A stretch of DNA of 64,000 bases, taken from an uncultured Actinomycetes bacterium (lineage in GTDB: Bacteria > Actinomycetota > UBA4738 > HRBIN12). The stretch covers positions 21,569-85,568 of the forward strand of contig CAWIFZ010000002.1 in the NCBI GenBank assembly GCA_963835415.1. The letters run 5' to 3'. Every line of letters begins with the position of its first letter. Position 1 is the first letter of the stretch. The position numbers and the translations under genes are program-made. The notes beneath the pieces are model-generated. The model saw nothing but the letters and a program-made list of their open reading frames with translations. It was not told the origin of the DNA and did no database searches. Shown here one piece after another: positions 42,105 to 52,748 of the stretch.

Positions 42105-44714
42105 GGCGACCGGGAACCGGCGGCGACGCGATCGACCGTTCGAGGGCACTGTCGTTCACCTTCGACGACCGGGAACTGTCCGGGTTCGAAGGCGACACGT
42201 TGGCGTCCGCGTTGCTCGCGAACGGCGTGGACGTGGTGTGTCGCTCGCCGATCCAGGGTCGACCGCGTGGGGTGTACTCGGCGGGCGCGGAGGAGCCGTG
42301 CGCGTTCGTCGGTCTGGACGCGCCGTTCGTCGATCCGGTGGTCGCCGCGACGACCGTCGATCTGGTCGACGGGTTGATCGCACACGGCGTGCCCGGCGTG
42401 GGGCGGCTCCCGGCCGAGGGCGTGCCTCCCGTTCGCAGCGAACACCGCCATGCCCACGTCGAGACGCTGGTGATCGGCGCGAGCGTCGAAGGCGTCTCGG
42501 AGGCGAACGCCGCCGCCGCTCGAGGTGATCGTTCGATGTTGGTCGAGTCACGAGGGTGGTTGCCCGGAGAGGTCTCGCCGGACGTCGACGTGCTCGCACG
42601 CGCGACCGCGCTCGGCGTCTACGACGACGGCTACGTGCTGATCCATCAACGGTCTCGTCCCGTCGAGCGCGTGTGGCACGTGCGCGCCCGCAACGTGGTC
42701 CTCGCGACCGGGGCGCACGAGCGTCCGATCGCGTTCGCCGACAACGATCGCCCCGGAGTGATGCTGGCCACGTCCGCCCGGACGTTCCTCGATCGCTTCG
42801 GTGTGGTGCCGGGCACACGGGCCGTGGTGTTCACGACGAACCACCGAGGTCACGATGCCGCGTTCGCGCTGGCGGACGCCGGCGTCGAGATCGCGGCGAT
42901 CGTGGACGTCGGGACGGCAGGCGGCCGGGCGACCGACGCCGCGCGAGCGCGGGGGATCGACGTCCGCGGCGGGTGGGCGGTCGCCGGGACCGACGGCGAG
43001 TCACGCGTCACCGCCGTGCACCTCGAGGGTCCGGCGGGCGAGCGGGACACGATCGACGCCGACCTGCTGCTCGTCTCCGGCGGATGGAGCCCGGTCGTGC
43101 AGCTCTGGCGTGCGATCGGCGGCGGCCTCCGTTACGACGAGCCACGCGCGTGCTTCGTCCCGGATGGGACCGGTCCAGGTTGGCTGTCGGTCGTGGGAGC
43201 CGCCGCCGGCGACGTCCCGACTTCAGAGCCGTACTGGTTCGTTCCGGCCGACGACTACGCGCACCACTACGTGGACATGCAGCGCGACCAGACCGTGGGC
43301 GACGTGTTGGACGCGGTGGAACATGACCTCCGCTCGGTCGAGCACATCAAGCGCGCGACGTACATCGGGACGGCGCTCGACCAGGGACGGACGTCGGGCG
43401 TGCTCACGGCCGCGATCGTGAACCAGGCGCTCGGCGCCGGACCGGATGCGCAGGGCCCGACGAACGCCCGTCCGCCGTACACGCCGGTCTCGTTCGCGGC
43501 GCTCGCGGGCGCCGACCGCGGTCACCTGTTCGATCCGGCGCGCGTGACGCCGATCCACGCGTGGCACGTCGAGCGCGGCGCGGCGTTCGAGAACGTCGGG
43601 CAGTGGAAGCGTCCGTGGTACTTCCCGTCGGACGCGTCGGAGTCGATGGATACAGCGGTCCTCCGCGAAGGGCTGGCGGTACGGACCGGCGTCGGCGTGA
43701 TGGACGCGTCGACGCTCGGCAAGATCGATGTGATCGGCCCCGACGCGGCGACGTTCCTCGATCGCATGTACACGAATCGCATGTCGACGCTCCGCGCCGG
43801 GTCGATCCGCTACGGGTTGATGTGCGGCGTGGACGGCATGGCGTTCGACGACGGGGTCGTGATGCGGCTCGCCGACGACCGGTTCTTCGTCACGACCACG
43901 ACCGGCGGCGCGGCCAAGGTGCTCGAGCACTTCGAGGAGTGGCTGCAGACGGAGTGGCCGGACCTCCGCGTGTATTGCACGAGCGTCACCGAACAGTGGT
44001 CGACGATCGCGATGAACGGGCCGCGCGCCCGCGACGTGCTGGACGCGCTCGGCACCGACGTCGACCTGTCCGCCGGCGCGTTCCCGTTCATGACGTTCCG
44101 CGAGGGGACGGTGGCGGGTATGCCGACGCGGATCGCGCGCGTGAGCTTCAGCGGCGAGCTCGCGTACGAGCTGAACGTGGCCGGTTGGCACGGCCACGCG
44201 ATGTGGGAGGCCGTGATGACGGCCGGCGAGGCCGTTCGACATCACGCCGTACGGCACCGAGGCGATGCACGTGCTGCGGGCGGAGAAGGGGTTCCCGATC
44301 ATCGGGCAGGACACCGACGGGACCGTCACGCCGCATGACCTGGGGATGTCGTGGATCGTGCGGAACGACGACTCGGACTTCCTGGGGAAGCGCTCGTTCC
44401 GACGGCACGACACGATGCGGTCCGATCGCAAGCAGCTCGTCGGTCTGCTCTCAACGGACCCGCAGGTCCTGATCCCCGAGGGCGCGCAGCTGGTCGCGGA
44501 GGACACCGGCCGGATCCCGATGCCGATGGTGGGGCACGTGACGTCGAGCTACCGCAGCGCGATCCTCGACCGCACCTTCGCGCTCGCGATGGTCGAGGGC
44601 GGCCACGCGATGCACGGCCGGACGATCCACGCGCCGCTGCCCGAGGGAACGATCGCCGCGGTGGTCACGTCACCCGTCTTCTACGACCCGGAGGGAGCGC
44701 GGCGTGACGGCTGA
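42101..44714 (+). CDS. soxA: Sarcosine oxidase subunit alpha; frame broken at ~44232
   Basis: NAD/FAD domain. C-terminal GcvT-like folate domain. C-terminal ~150 aa (FDITPYGTEAMHVLRAEKGFPIIGQDTDG...) lie in ORF 44265..44714. The junction gaggccgttcgac is one base too long. Confidence 0.75.
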
Positions 44715-45387
44715 CGAACGCGCGCGGAGCCCGCTGGCGCACCGGTTGGACGACCTGACGGCGATCGGCGTGCGCACCGGCGGCGGCGTGATCGTCGAGC
44801 ACGTCCCGTTCCTCGCGCAGGTGGACGTCCGGGTGGATGCCGCGCTGGGGGGACGAGCGCCGTACCCGCTGCCCACGACGCCGAACACGGCGTGGGAGGA
44901 AGGCCCGCGCGCCGCGCTGTGGCTCGGCCCCGACGAGTGGCTCGTCCTCGGGCCACCCGGCGCCGGGGCGGACATCGTCGGCGAGCTCGGCGCAGCGCTC
45001 GAAGGTTCGCACCGGTCGATCGTCGACGTCTCCGCGAACCGCGTCGCGCTCGAGCTGTCCGGCCCGCGCGCGAAGGAGGTCCTGTCGAAGGGCTGCGCGA
45101 TCGACCTGCACCCTCGCGCGTGGCGGCCGGGGATGTGCGCGCAGACGATGCTCGCGCGCGCACAGGTGATCCTGCATGAGCGATCGGACTCGACGGGGAT
45201 CCTGGTCCGGCCGTCGTTCGCCGACTACCTGGTCGACTGGCTGATTCGACGCCTCGGGAGCCTGACGCCGCGACGAGCTAGCGATCGAGCCGATAGAAGC
45301 GGAGGAAGTCGTGCTCGATCGGCAGCACGGACGCCCCATCGAACCCCGCATCCTTCGCGTAGCGCTCGAACGTCGACCTCCGCATGA
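44704..45387 (+). CDS. soxG: Sarcosine oxidase subunit gamma
   Basis: GTG start overlapping the soxA end. SoxG-like core to ...ILVRPSFADYLVDWL. The last ~35 aa are Arg/Ser-rich and overlap the convergent methyltransferase, so the true stop may be earlier. Confidence 0.6.
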   Translation: MTADERARSPLAHRLDDLTAIGVRTGGGVIVEHVPFLAQVDVRVDAALGGRAPYPLPTTPNTAWEEGPRAALWLGPDEWLVLGPPGAGADIVGELGAALEGSHRSIVDVSANRVALELSGPRAKEVLSKGCAIDLHPRAWRPGMCAQTMLARAQVILHERSDSTGILVRPSFADYLVDWLIRRLGSLTPRRASDRADRSGGSRARSAARTPHRTPHPSRSARTSTSA

Positions 45388-46384
45388 CGGTGCCGGTCGC
45401 CGCCGACGTCTCGTCATCCAGCGCGGACGGCAAGCAGCACAGGACGCTGTATGCGTAGAAGAACCGCTCCGTCTCGCTCGCGGGAGCCGTGAACGCGTCC
45501 TCGGTTCGCTCGTCGGCGACGATCAACGTCCCGCCGGGTTTGAGCATGTTCCTGATCGCGCCCAAGACCGCGACCGGCTGGGACATGTCGTGGATCGACT
45601 CCACCACCATCGCGAGGTCGTATCGGTTCTCCAGCGCGGTGTCTGCCGCGTCCTTCGCCTCGAACCGCACTCGATCCGCCACCCCGGCCTCTTCCGCGTT
45701 CTTGGAGGCGATCTCGATCGAGAGCTCATCGAGGTCGAACCCGTCGACGGCGATGTTCGGATACGCTCGGGCGAGCGAGATGGCGGCCCAACCGACCCCG
45801 CACGCGACGTCGGCCACCCTCGCCCCCGGTTCCTGGAGCCGGTCATGGATGTCCGGGATCGAGGGGATGTACTCGGTGCCGAGGGACGCGACGAGCCACG
45901 GCCGGTTGAAGTCGCCCTGCGCCTCGATCATGTCGCGGCCATAGGAGCTCCACGGGACCTCGCCCCCCGAACGGAAGGCGGCGACGAGCTCGGGCGTGAC
46001 GCTCGATATGGCCACGAACGACTTGCACACCGGCGACATCGAGTACGGGCTGTCGAGATCGAGCAGCGGTTCGGCGTGACCCGCCGGCAGCCGATACCGG
46101 CGTGCGTCGGCGTCGGCCGATAGGTCGTCGACGTCGAGGATCCCGGCTGCGGCTTGCTGCTCGAGCCACTCCCGCGTGAGCCGCTCGGACGTCCCCGCCT
46201 CCTTCGCCAGCTCCGTGGACGACATCGCGCCGACCCGGTCGAGGGTCCGATAGAAGCCGAGCGTGTCGCCGAGATAGACGGTCAGCAACTCCCCCATGCC
46301 CAGACTCGCCGCGAACAGCCGTTCCACGAGCTCATCCCGCTGACGTTCCGTATCGACCACGATCGCCTCCTCACTCTCCGTCAT
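45278..46384 (-). CDS. Class I SAM-dependent methyltransferase with N-terminal winged-helix dimerisation-like domain
   Basis: ATG at 46384 overlaps the MetF-like stop (ATGA). SAM motif I VADVACGVGWAAISLA. Post-I acidic DGFDLDE. Motif LKPGGTLIV. The ORF-track 1234-aa ORF is a fusion artefact of three genes. Confidence 0.75.
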   Translation of the reverse strand: MTESEEAIVVDTERQRDELVERLFAASLGMGELLTVYLGDTLGFYRTLDRVGAMSSTELAKEAGTSERLTREWLEQQAAAGILDVDDLSADADARRYRLPAGHAEPLLDLDSPYSMSPVCKSFVAISSVTPELVAAFRSGGEVPWSSYGRDMIEAQGDFNRPWLVASLGTEYIPSIPDIHDRLQEPGARVADVACGVGWAAISLARAYPNIAVDGFDLDELSIEIASKNAEEAGVADRVRFEAKDAADTALENRYDLAMVVESIHDMSQPVAVLGAIRNMLKPGGTLIVADERTEDAFTAPASETERFFYAYSVLCCLPSALDDETSAATGTVMRRSTFERYAKDAGFDGASVLPIEHDFLRFYRLDR

Positions 46385-47263
46385 GCCACTTCGCCCAGCT
46401 CGGCAAGCATGCGTTGCTGCCAGGCGACCGTGGCCCCGACCTCGTTGAACGTGAACACGTGCAGGCGCTGGATCGCCGCGGTGGGATCGGCAACCGTCGC
46501 GCCCAGCCCTTCGAGCAACGCGTCGGGACCGAAGCTCCCGGGTGAGAGCAGGTGACCGACGATCTTGCGGTTCTTCTTCAGGTAGCGGGCGGAATCGGCG
46601 ACCCCGATCCGCGCGGCGACCCGCATCAGCTTCGTGATCTCGGCGACACCCGGCACGCCCAGGTGGATCGGCATCGTCACGCCCTGCGAACGCAGCCGCG
46701 CGACCCAGCCCGTGATCGCGTCCGGGTTGAAACACATCTGCGTCGCCATGTACGAGGCGTACCGCTGCTTCTCGATCAGCGCCGCGAGCAACACGTCGTC
46801 GGCGATGTCGGGATGACCCTCCGGATACGCGGGCACGCCGAGCTGCAGGAACGGGTGACCGAGCTCGTCCATCGCCCGCAGGAGCGAGAGCCCCGTCGTG
46901 GAACTCACCGCGGTCCTTGGCGTCGCCGCCCACGACGAACGCGCTCCGGATCCCCGTGTCGCTCGCCCGCTGAAGCAGCTCGCGTAGATGCTCACGGCCT
47001 CGGATCATGTGCGCCGACAGGTGGGGGATCGCCTCGTGGCCGAGCGCGGCGACGTCTTCGGACAGGTCGAACGTCGCCTCGATCCCGTGGCTGGGCGACG
47101 CGGTCACGGTGACGGTCGCCCCTGGCGGCAGCGACCCTGCGCGTTCCAAGGCGTTCGACAGCGGGATCAGCTCGAACTTCGGCGTGGAGACGAGCGCGCG
47201 CAGCGCATCGGCCACCTCGGCCGTGATCGCTTCCACGTCGCGTCGCTTGCCCGCCACCGCCAT
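46381..47263 (-). CDS. Methylenetetrahydrofolate-reductase-like (MetF family) protein; frame broken at ~46905
   Basis: ATG at 47263 after GAGGAG. N-terminal part (...AFVVGGDAKDRGEFHDG) and C-terminal part (LSLLRAMDELGHPFLQLGVPAYPEGHP...LHVFTFNE) are joined by removing one G from gacggggctc. Confidence 0.65.
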
Positions 47264-47268
47264 GCTCC

Positions 47269-48822
47269 TCACACGTTCGAGTCGGGGAAGGAGGCCTTCT
47301 TCCGCTCGATCCACTCGCGCAGCTCTTGGTCCACCGCCTCGTCGATCGCCGGCGGCTCGTACTCGGCGAGCATCTTCTTCCAGATCACGCTCGCCCTGTG
47401 AGTCGCGTCCAGCGACCCCTCGGATTCCCACTGCTCGTAGCTGTTGTTGTCGGCGATCGACGACCGATAGAACGCCGTCTCGAAGTTCGCCAGCGTGTGC
47501 GCCGTCCCCAGGAAGTGCTGGCCGGGGCCGTTCTCGATGATCGGCTCCAGCGCCTGACCGTTCGGCGACAGATCCACGCCGCTCGCGAACGCGTGCATCA
47601 TGCCGCACTGATCGAGGTCGAGCACGAACTTCTCGTAACCCATGGTCAGTCCCCCCTCGAGCCAGCCGGCTGCATGCAGGACGAAGTTGACCCCGCCGAG
47701 CATGGTGGGCTGCAGCGTGTTCGCCGACTCGTAGGCCGCCTGGGCGTCGGGGATCTTGGACCCGCAGAGCGACCCCCCGCTGCGGAACGGCACGCGGAGC
47801 CGGCGCGCGCACGCGGCAAGCGTGTAGAGGACGAGCGCGGGCTCGGGGGTACCGAACGTCGGCGCGCCCGACTGCATCGACATCGACGACGCGAACGAGC
47901 CGAACACGACCGGAGCGCCGGGGCGCACCAGCTGCACGTACGTCATGCCGGCCATCGATTCGGCGAGCGTCTGCGCCGCGGCGCCGGCGACGGTCGCCGG
48001 GCTCATGGCGCCCGCCAGGATGAACGGCGTCATGATCACGGCCTGGTTCGCCTCGGCGTAGGCGCGCGCGGCGCCGAGCATCGTGGAGTCCCACACGAGC
48101 GGGGAGTTCGCGTTGATCAAGCTGAGGACGACCGCGTGATCCTCGAGGTAGTCGGCGCCGAACAGGATCCGCGCCATGTCCACCGTGTCCTGCGCGCGCT
48201 GAGGGTGCGTGACGGAGCCCATGAACGGCTTGTCCGAGTACCGCATGTGCGCGTAGACCATGTCGTAGTGCCGCTTGTTCACCGGGAGGTCGACCGGCTC
48301 GCACACGGTCCCGCCCGAGTGGTGCAGGTACGGAGCCATGTACGCGAGCCGCACGAAGTTCTGGAAGTCGTCGAGCGTGCCGTAGCGGCGCCCGCCCTCC
48401 AGGTCGCGGACGAACGGGGAGCCGTACGCCGGGGCGAGGACCGTGTGCATGCCGCCGATCTCGACGTTGTTCGCCGGGTTGCGCGCGAATTGCGTGAAGC
48501 GCTCCGGCGCCGTGGCCTGGATCAGCTCGCGACACATCCCTCGCGGGAACCGCACGCGGTCGCCTTGCACGTCCGCACCCGCCGCCTTGAACAGCTCGTG
48601 GGCGTCGGGCGCATCGCGGAAGTCGATCCCGACCTGCTCCAGGATCGTGTCCGCGTTCTGCTCGATGATCTCGAGCCCCTCCTCGGTCAGGACCTCGAAC
48701 GGCGGGAGCGTGCGCGTGATGTACGGAACGCGGTCGGGCGCGGATGCCGCGCGCGCCGCCTGGCGGCCGGCGCGGCCCCCGGTCCGCCGTCGGGGCGCAT
48801 CGGTCGCTTCGGGTTCGCTCAT
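47269..48822 (-). CDS. MttB-superfamily non-pyrrolysine methyltransferase (glycine-betaine/quaternary-amine:corrinoid methyltransferase, MtgB-like)
   Basis: 517 aa. ATG at 48822 overlaps the upstream stop (ATGA) after GAGAGGAG. Arg-rich N-terminus then TIM-barrel MttB fold (VLAPAYGSPFVRD..., GAMSPATVAGAAAQ, GGVNFVLHAAGWLEGG). Confidence 0.8.
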   Translation of the reverse strand: MSEPEATDAPRRRTGGRAGRQAARAASAPDRVPYITRTLPPFEVLTEEGLEIIEQNADTILEQVGIDFRDAPDAHELFKAAGADVQGDRVRFPRGMCRELIQATAPERFTQFARNPANNVEIGGMHTVLAPAYGSPFVRDLEGGRRYGTLDDFQNFVRLAYMAPYLHHSGGTVCEPVDLPVNKRHYDMVYAHMRYSDKPFMGSVTHPQRAQDTVDMARILFGADYLEDHAVVLSLINANSPLVWDSTMLGAARAYAEANQAVIMTPFILAGAMSPATVAGAAAQTLAESMAGMTYVQLVRPGAPVVFGSFASSMSMQSGAPTFGTPEPALVLYTLAACARRLRVPFRSGGSLCGSKIPDAQAAYESANTLQPTMLGGVNFVLHAAGWLEGGLTMGYEKFVLDLDQCGMMHAFASGVDLSPNGQALEPIIENGPGQHFLGTAHTLANFETAFYRSSIADNNSYEQWESEGSLDATHRASVIWKKMLAEYEPPAIDEAVDQELREWIERKKASFPDSNV

Positions 48823-50856
48823 CAGGTGCTCCTCTCGTTCGTGGGGGTGGCGGGCGCGGGCTCCCGACGGCGTCGGCGGCGCTCGTCCCCGGTCGCGCCG
48901 CCCGAGCTCCGCGGCGGGGGGAGCGGCACGACCGTCGACAGCCGCGGGGACGGCTCCGTGGTGTGCGGGATGCCCATCGCACCGACGAAATGCTCCTGGA
49001 ACCTCGGCTCGATGGCGGTCTCGATCTTCTCGACCCGGCGGACGACGTCCTCGATCTCCGCGCGCGCGGCGCGGTTCAACAGCGCGATCCGCGCGCCCGT
49101 GCCCGCCGCGTTGCCCGCGGACGTCACGTGGTCGGGATCGCAGTCCGGCACCAGACCGAGGACCAGCGCGTGGACGGGATCGATGTGGGCGCCGAACGCG
49201 CCGGCCAGGCGGATGCGGTCGACCGTGGCGATCCCCAGGGTGTCCATCAGCAGCCGGCATCCTGCGTAGAGCGCCGCCTTCGCGAGCTGCACCTGCCTGA
49301 CGTCGTTCTGCGTGATGACCAGACGTGGCGCGCCGTCGTGCACCACGTACGAGAACGTCCGGCCGTCCGGAACGATCCGGGGCGTGCGGGCCGCGAGCGC
49401 GCCGTCGATCACCCCGTCGGTCGTCAGGATGCCGGCCAGGAACATCTCCGCGATCACCTCGATGATCCCGGAGCCGCACACGCCCGTGACCGTCGACGCG
49501 TCGAAGCCGGTCTCGTCGGACCAGCGGTCGTCCCCGATCACCGTGAAGCGCGGCTCCAGCGTTCGCTCGTCGATGCGCACGCGCTCGATCGCCCCCGGCG
49601 CCGCACGCTGGCCACAGCTGATCTGCGCCCCCTCGAACGCCGGGCCGGTGGGGCTGGAGGCAGCGAGCATCCTGTCCCTGTTGCCCAGCACGATCTCCGC
49701 GTTCGTCCCGACGTCGACGATCAGGTTCACGATCTCCTGTTGGTACGGCGCCTCGGACAAGATGACCCCGGCCGTGTCCGCGCCGACGTGCCCTGCGATG
49801 CACGGCAGCAGGTAGACCCGGGCGCCGGGGTGGACAATGCAGATCGACGTCGGTCGCCCGGCGATGGACGGCGCCGTCCGTCGCCAGCGCGAACGGCGCG
49901 CCCCCCAACTCCGTCGGGTCGAGACCCAGGAACAGGTGGTGCATGATCGGGTTGCCGACGATCGTGAGCGCCAGGACGTCGGCCGGGTCGGCGTCCACCT
50001 GCACGCACAGGTCGGCGATCAGCTCGTCGACGCACGCGCGGACCACCTCCGTCAGCTGCGCCTCCGCGCCCGGGTTCATCATCACGTACGAGACGCGGCT
50101 CATGAGGTCCTCACCGAACCGGATCTGCGGGTTCATCGCGCCGCTCACCGCGAGGACGTCGCCGCTCGCCAGGTCGCACAGCTGCCCGGCCACCGTCGTC
50201 GAACCGATGTCGAACGCCACGCCCAGCACGCGGTCACGGAACCCGGGCCAGACGCCGACGATCGTCGCACCGTCGTGCACCGCGACGGTGGCGGTCCAGT
50301 TCTCCGTCCGGAGCGCGCGCTGCAGCCCGGCCAACACGTGGTCGTCGCACGAGAGACCGGTGAGCTCCCAGTCGCGGTCCAGCGCCTCGAGCAGCCGCTC
50401 CAGGTCGCCGGATGGATCGGCCATATCGGGCTCCCGGACCTCGACGTAGTGCAGGCGGACGATCGGATCGACCTCGATCGCGTGCGCGTCGGCGTCTTTC
50501 CGCACGACCTGCCGGTGCAGCTGGCTCTCCGGCGGCACGTCCACCACCAGGTCGCCGATCACCTGCGCGTGACAGCCGAGCCGACGCTCCGGCGCCAGCC
50601 CGGACCGGTCGCGATACGTCTGCTCGGGAAGCGAGAACGCCGTGAGATGGTCTGCCCCCGAGCGGATACCGTGCTTCGCGAAGTCACCCTCGCTCACGAC
50701 CACCTGGCACCGCCCGCAGATCCCCCGGCCGCCGCACACCGAGTCGAGGTCCACGCCGAGCGAGCGGGCAGCCGTCAACAGGTTCGTCCCGTGCGCGAAC
50801 CGCCCGCGCCTGCCGGACGGGGTGAAGACGACGAGCGCCTCGGGCTCGGCGCTCAC
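48822..50856 (-). CDS. Corrinoid reductive-activation enzyme (RamA/RACE type: 2Fe-2S ferredoxin + ASKHA/DUF4445 ATPase); frame broken at ~49820
   Basis: GTG at 50856 overlaps the MtrH-like stop (GTGA). Plant-type ferredoxin motif CGGRGICGRCQV. ASKHA motifs FDIGSTTVAG and LIVDVGTNAE. The halves join if the run ccacccc is shortened by one. Confidence 0.7.
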
Positions 50857-51785
50857 GGTGCCGGCGGCGCCTCGAGGGCGTCGGCGCTCGCGCCGCGCCT
50901 CCCCGCCCGGCCCCCTCGCCGGCCGCCGCCCGCTCCCGCCGGTTGCTCGCGGAACCGCGCGATCCACTCCTGGCAGTCCGGATCGTTGCCCATCATCACG
51001 TCCGCAGCCATCACCGCGGCCCGCACTTCCGTATGCAGCGGGCTCGTGATCGCCGAGGTCATCCCCGACGCGATCGCCATGGTGAGGAACGCGCCGTTCA
51101 GCGTGTTCCGGTTCGGCAGACCGAAGCTGACGTTCGACGCGCCGCACGTGGAGTTCACGCCGAGCTCATCGTGCAGACGCCGCACCAGCGCGAACACTTG
51201 CCGACCCGCCGTACCCATCGCGCCGATCGGCATCACGAGCGGATCGACGACGATGTCTTCCTTGGCGATGCCGTGGTCGGCCGCGCGATGCACGATCTTC
51301 TCGGCGACCGCGAACCGCACGTTCGGGTCCTCGGAGATGCCCGTCTCGTCGTTCGTGATGGCGACGACCGCGGCGCCGTACTTCGCTACCAGCGGCAGCA
51401 CCTGCTCCAGCCGCTCGTCCTCACCGGTCACCGAGTTCACGAGCGGCTTGCCCTGATACACGGCGAGTCCGGACTCCAAGGCGGCGACGATCGACGAGTC
51501 GATCGACAGCGGCACGTCGGTGAGGGACTGGACGAGCTGCACGGTCTCCGCCAGGATCGCGGGTTCGTCGGCGAGCGGGATGCCGGCGTTCACGTCGAGC
51601 ATCTGCGCGCCCGCCTCGACCTGCGCCAAGGCGTCGACGATCACGGTCGAGTAGTCGCCGGCCTTCATCTCCTCGGCGAGCTTCTTGCGGCCGGTCGGGT
51701 TGATGCGCTCGCCGATGATGACGAACGGACGACCGCTGCCGATCACGACCTCGCGCGTGGCGGAGCTGACGACGGTGTCGGTCAT
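50853..51785 (-). CDS. Methyl-corrinoid:tetrahydrofolate methyltransferase (MtrH/AcsE/pterin-binding family)
   Basis: ATG at 51785 after GAGGATGGAG. Pterin-binding barrel (VIIGERINPTG..., MLDVNAG, IDSS). The ORF-track N-terminal extension is a run-on. Confidence 0.75.
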   Translation of the reverse strand: MTDTVVSSATREVVIGSGRPFVIIGERINPTGRKKLAEEMKAGDYSTVIVDALAQVEAGAQMLDVNAGIPLADEPAILAETVQLVQSLTDVPLSIDSSIVAALESGLAVYQGKPLVNSVTGEDERLEQVLPLVAKYGAAVVAITNDETGISEDPNVRFAVAEKIVHRAADHGIAKEDIVVDPLVMPIGAMGTAGRQVFALVRRLHDELGVNSTCGASNVSFGLPNRNTLNGAFLTMAIASGMTSAITSPLHTEVRAAVMAADVMMGNDPDCQEWIARFREQPAGAGGGRRGGRAGRRGASADALEAPPAP

Positions 51786-52093
51786 GAGGTCGCTCCATCC
51801 TCTGTCAGTCCGCCTGAGCGCACGAGCGCGTCGAGCGTCGCGTCCGGATACGCCCGCTCCAGACGTTCCGCCTCGGCGGCCGCTTCCTCGTCCAGGTCGT
51901 CGCCGCACGGCCGCGTCTCGCGATGCCACTCGTTGAGGTAGTCGTCGGTGCCGATCAGCCCCACCCGCGTCGCGGCCATGTCGATCGCCTCCTGGAACCG
52001 GCTCGTGAGCTGCACACGGGCCGTGGTCCGGCCTTCGCGCACGACGACCTGCGCGGGGATCGCCCGCCACCAGATCACGGTCAGCTCAGCCAT
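51782..52093 (-). CDS. Small conserved hypothetical protein (103 aa) embedded in the corrinoid operon
   Basis: ATG at 52093 after GGGAGCGG. Stop overlaps the MtrH-like ATG (ATGA). MAELTVIWWRAIPAQVVV... No family assigned. Confidence 0.5.
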   Translation of the reverse strand: MAELTVIWWRAIPAQVVVREGRTTARVQLTSRFQEAIDMAATRVGLIGTDDYLNEWHRETRPCGDDLDEEAAAEAERLERAYPDATLDALVRSGGLTEDGATS

Positions 52094-52748
52094 GCGCCGC
52101 TCCCACGAACGTCTCCAGCGACGGCTGCAGGTCGCCGTACCCGCTCGGCCGATGCTCGAAGTCCACACCCAGGAACACCGCCGCGGCGCGTGCCTGCTCC
52201 ACCAACGCGGGGTCGTCGGTCTGCGACAGGTACACGAGCCGCCGATAGTTCCCGAAGTACATGGGCAGCAGCTCCGGATGCGTGTCGAGCTTCAGCCCCT
52301 GCACGACCAGCCGGTCGAAGTGCTTGCACAGGAAATCGGTCAGGTAGAACGTGAACGGGTTGTCCTCGTGCATCGCGGCGAACGCATCGACGCCCGCGAA
52401 GAACCCGTAGCAGTGGTCCCCCGGCAGCCGTTCGACGCCATGGGCCGCGCACACCTCATCGAGCGCGCCGGCCGTCCCGCAGTCCCCGTAGGCCACGAAC
52501 ATCGCGTCGTACGCACCGGACGCCTCCGCCTCGGCGAGCTTCGCGTCGACCTTGGCGGCGATCTCACGTGGCGTGTTGTGGAGCTTGCCCGGCAGGCACT
52601 GGAGCGTGACGTGGGTCCAGCCGTTCAGGTCGATCACGGCAAGCACCTCGCGGGCGATCGCGCCGCACGCGACGACGAGCACGCGACCGGAGGGCCCGCC
52701 CGCCTCGGCCTCGAACGTGACCTCGTCGTCAAGCAGTCGCGGCGGCAC
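52086..52748 (-). CDS. DUF1638-domain protein
   Basis: Family hallmarks VVACGAI, FVAYGDCGTAG, LPGDHCYGFF, FYLTDFL, YFGNYRRLVYLSQTD, GYGDL. The exact start is uncertain because it overlaps the upstream stop by ~20 nt. Confidence 0.7.
   Translation of the reverse strand: MPPRLLDDEVTFEAEAGGPSGRVLVVACGAIAREVLAVIDLNGWTHVTLQCLPGKLHNTPREIAAKVDAKLAEAEASGAYDAMFVAYGDCGTAGALDEVCAAHGVERLPGDHCYGFFAGVDAFAAMHEDNPFTFYLTDFLCKHFDRLVVQGLKLDTHPELLPMYFGNYRRLVYLSQTDDPALVEQARAAAVFLGVDFEHRPSGYGDLQPSLETFVGAAHG

Noticed and set aside
47326-49269. 647-aa plus ORF antisense to the MttB/RamA genes
   Set aside because: Antisense. Low-complexity Arg/His/Glu-rich translation.
45278-51147. Annotated giant ORFs 45278..48982 (1234 aa) and 47269..51147 (1292 aa) as single multi-domain proteins
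   Set aside because: Each is a run-on through several real genes (MTase, MetF-like, MttB; RamA-like, MtrH-like). Lack of stops in GC-rich sequence fuses them. Internal ATG/GTG starts with Shine-Dalgarno sequences and overlapping stop/start codons define the true genes.
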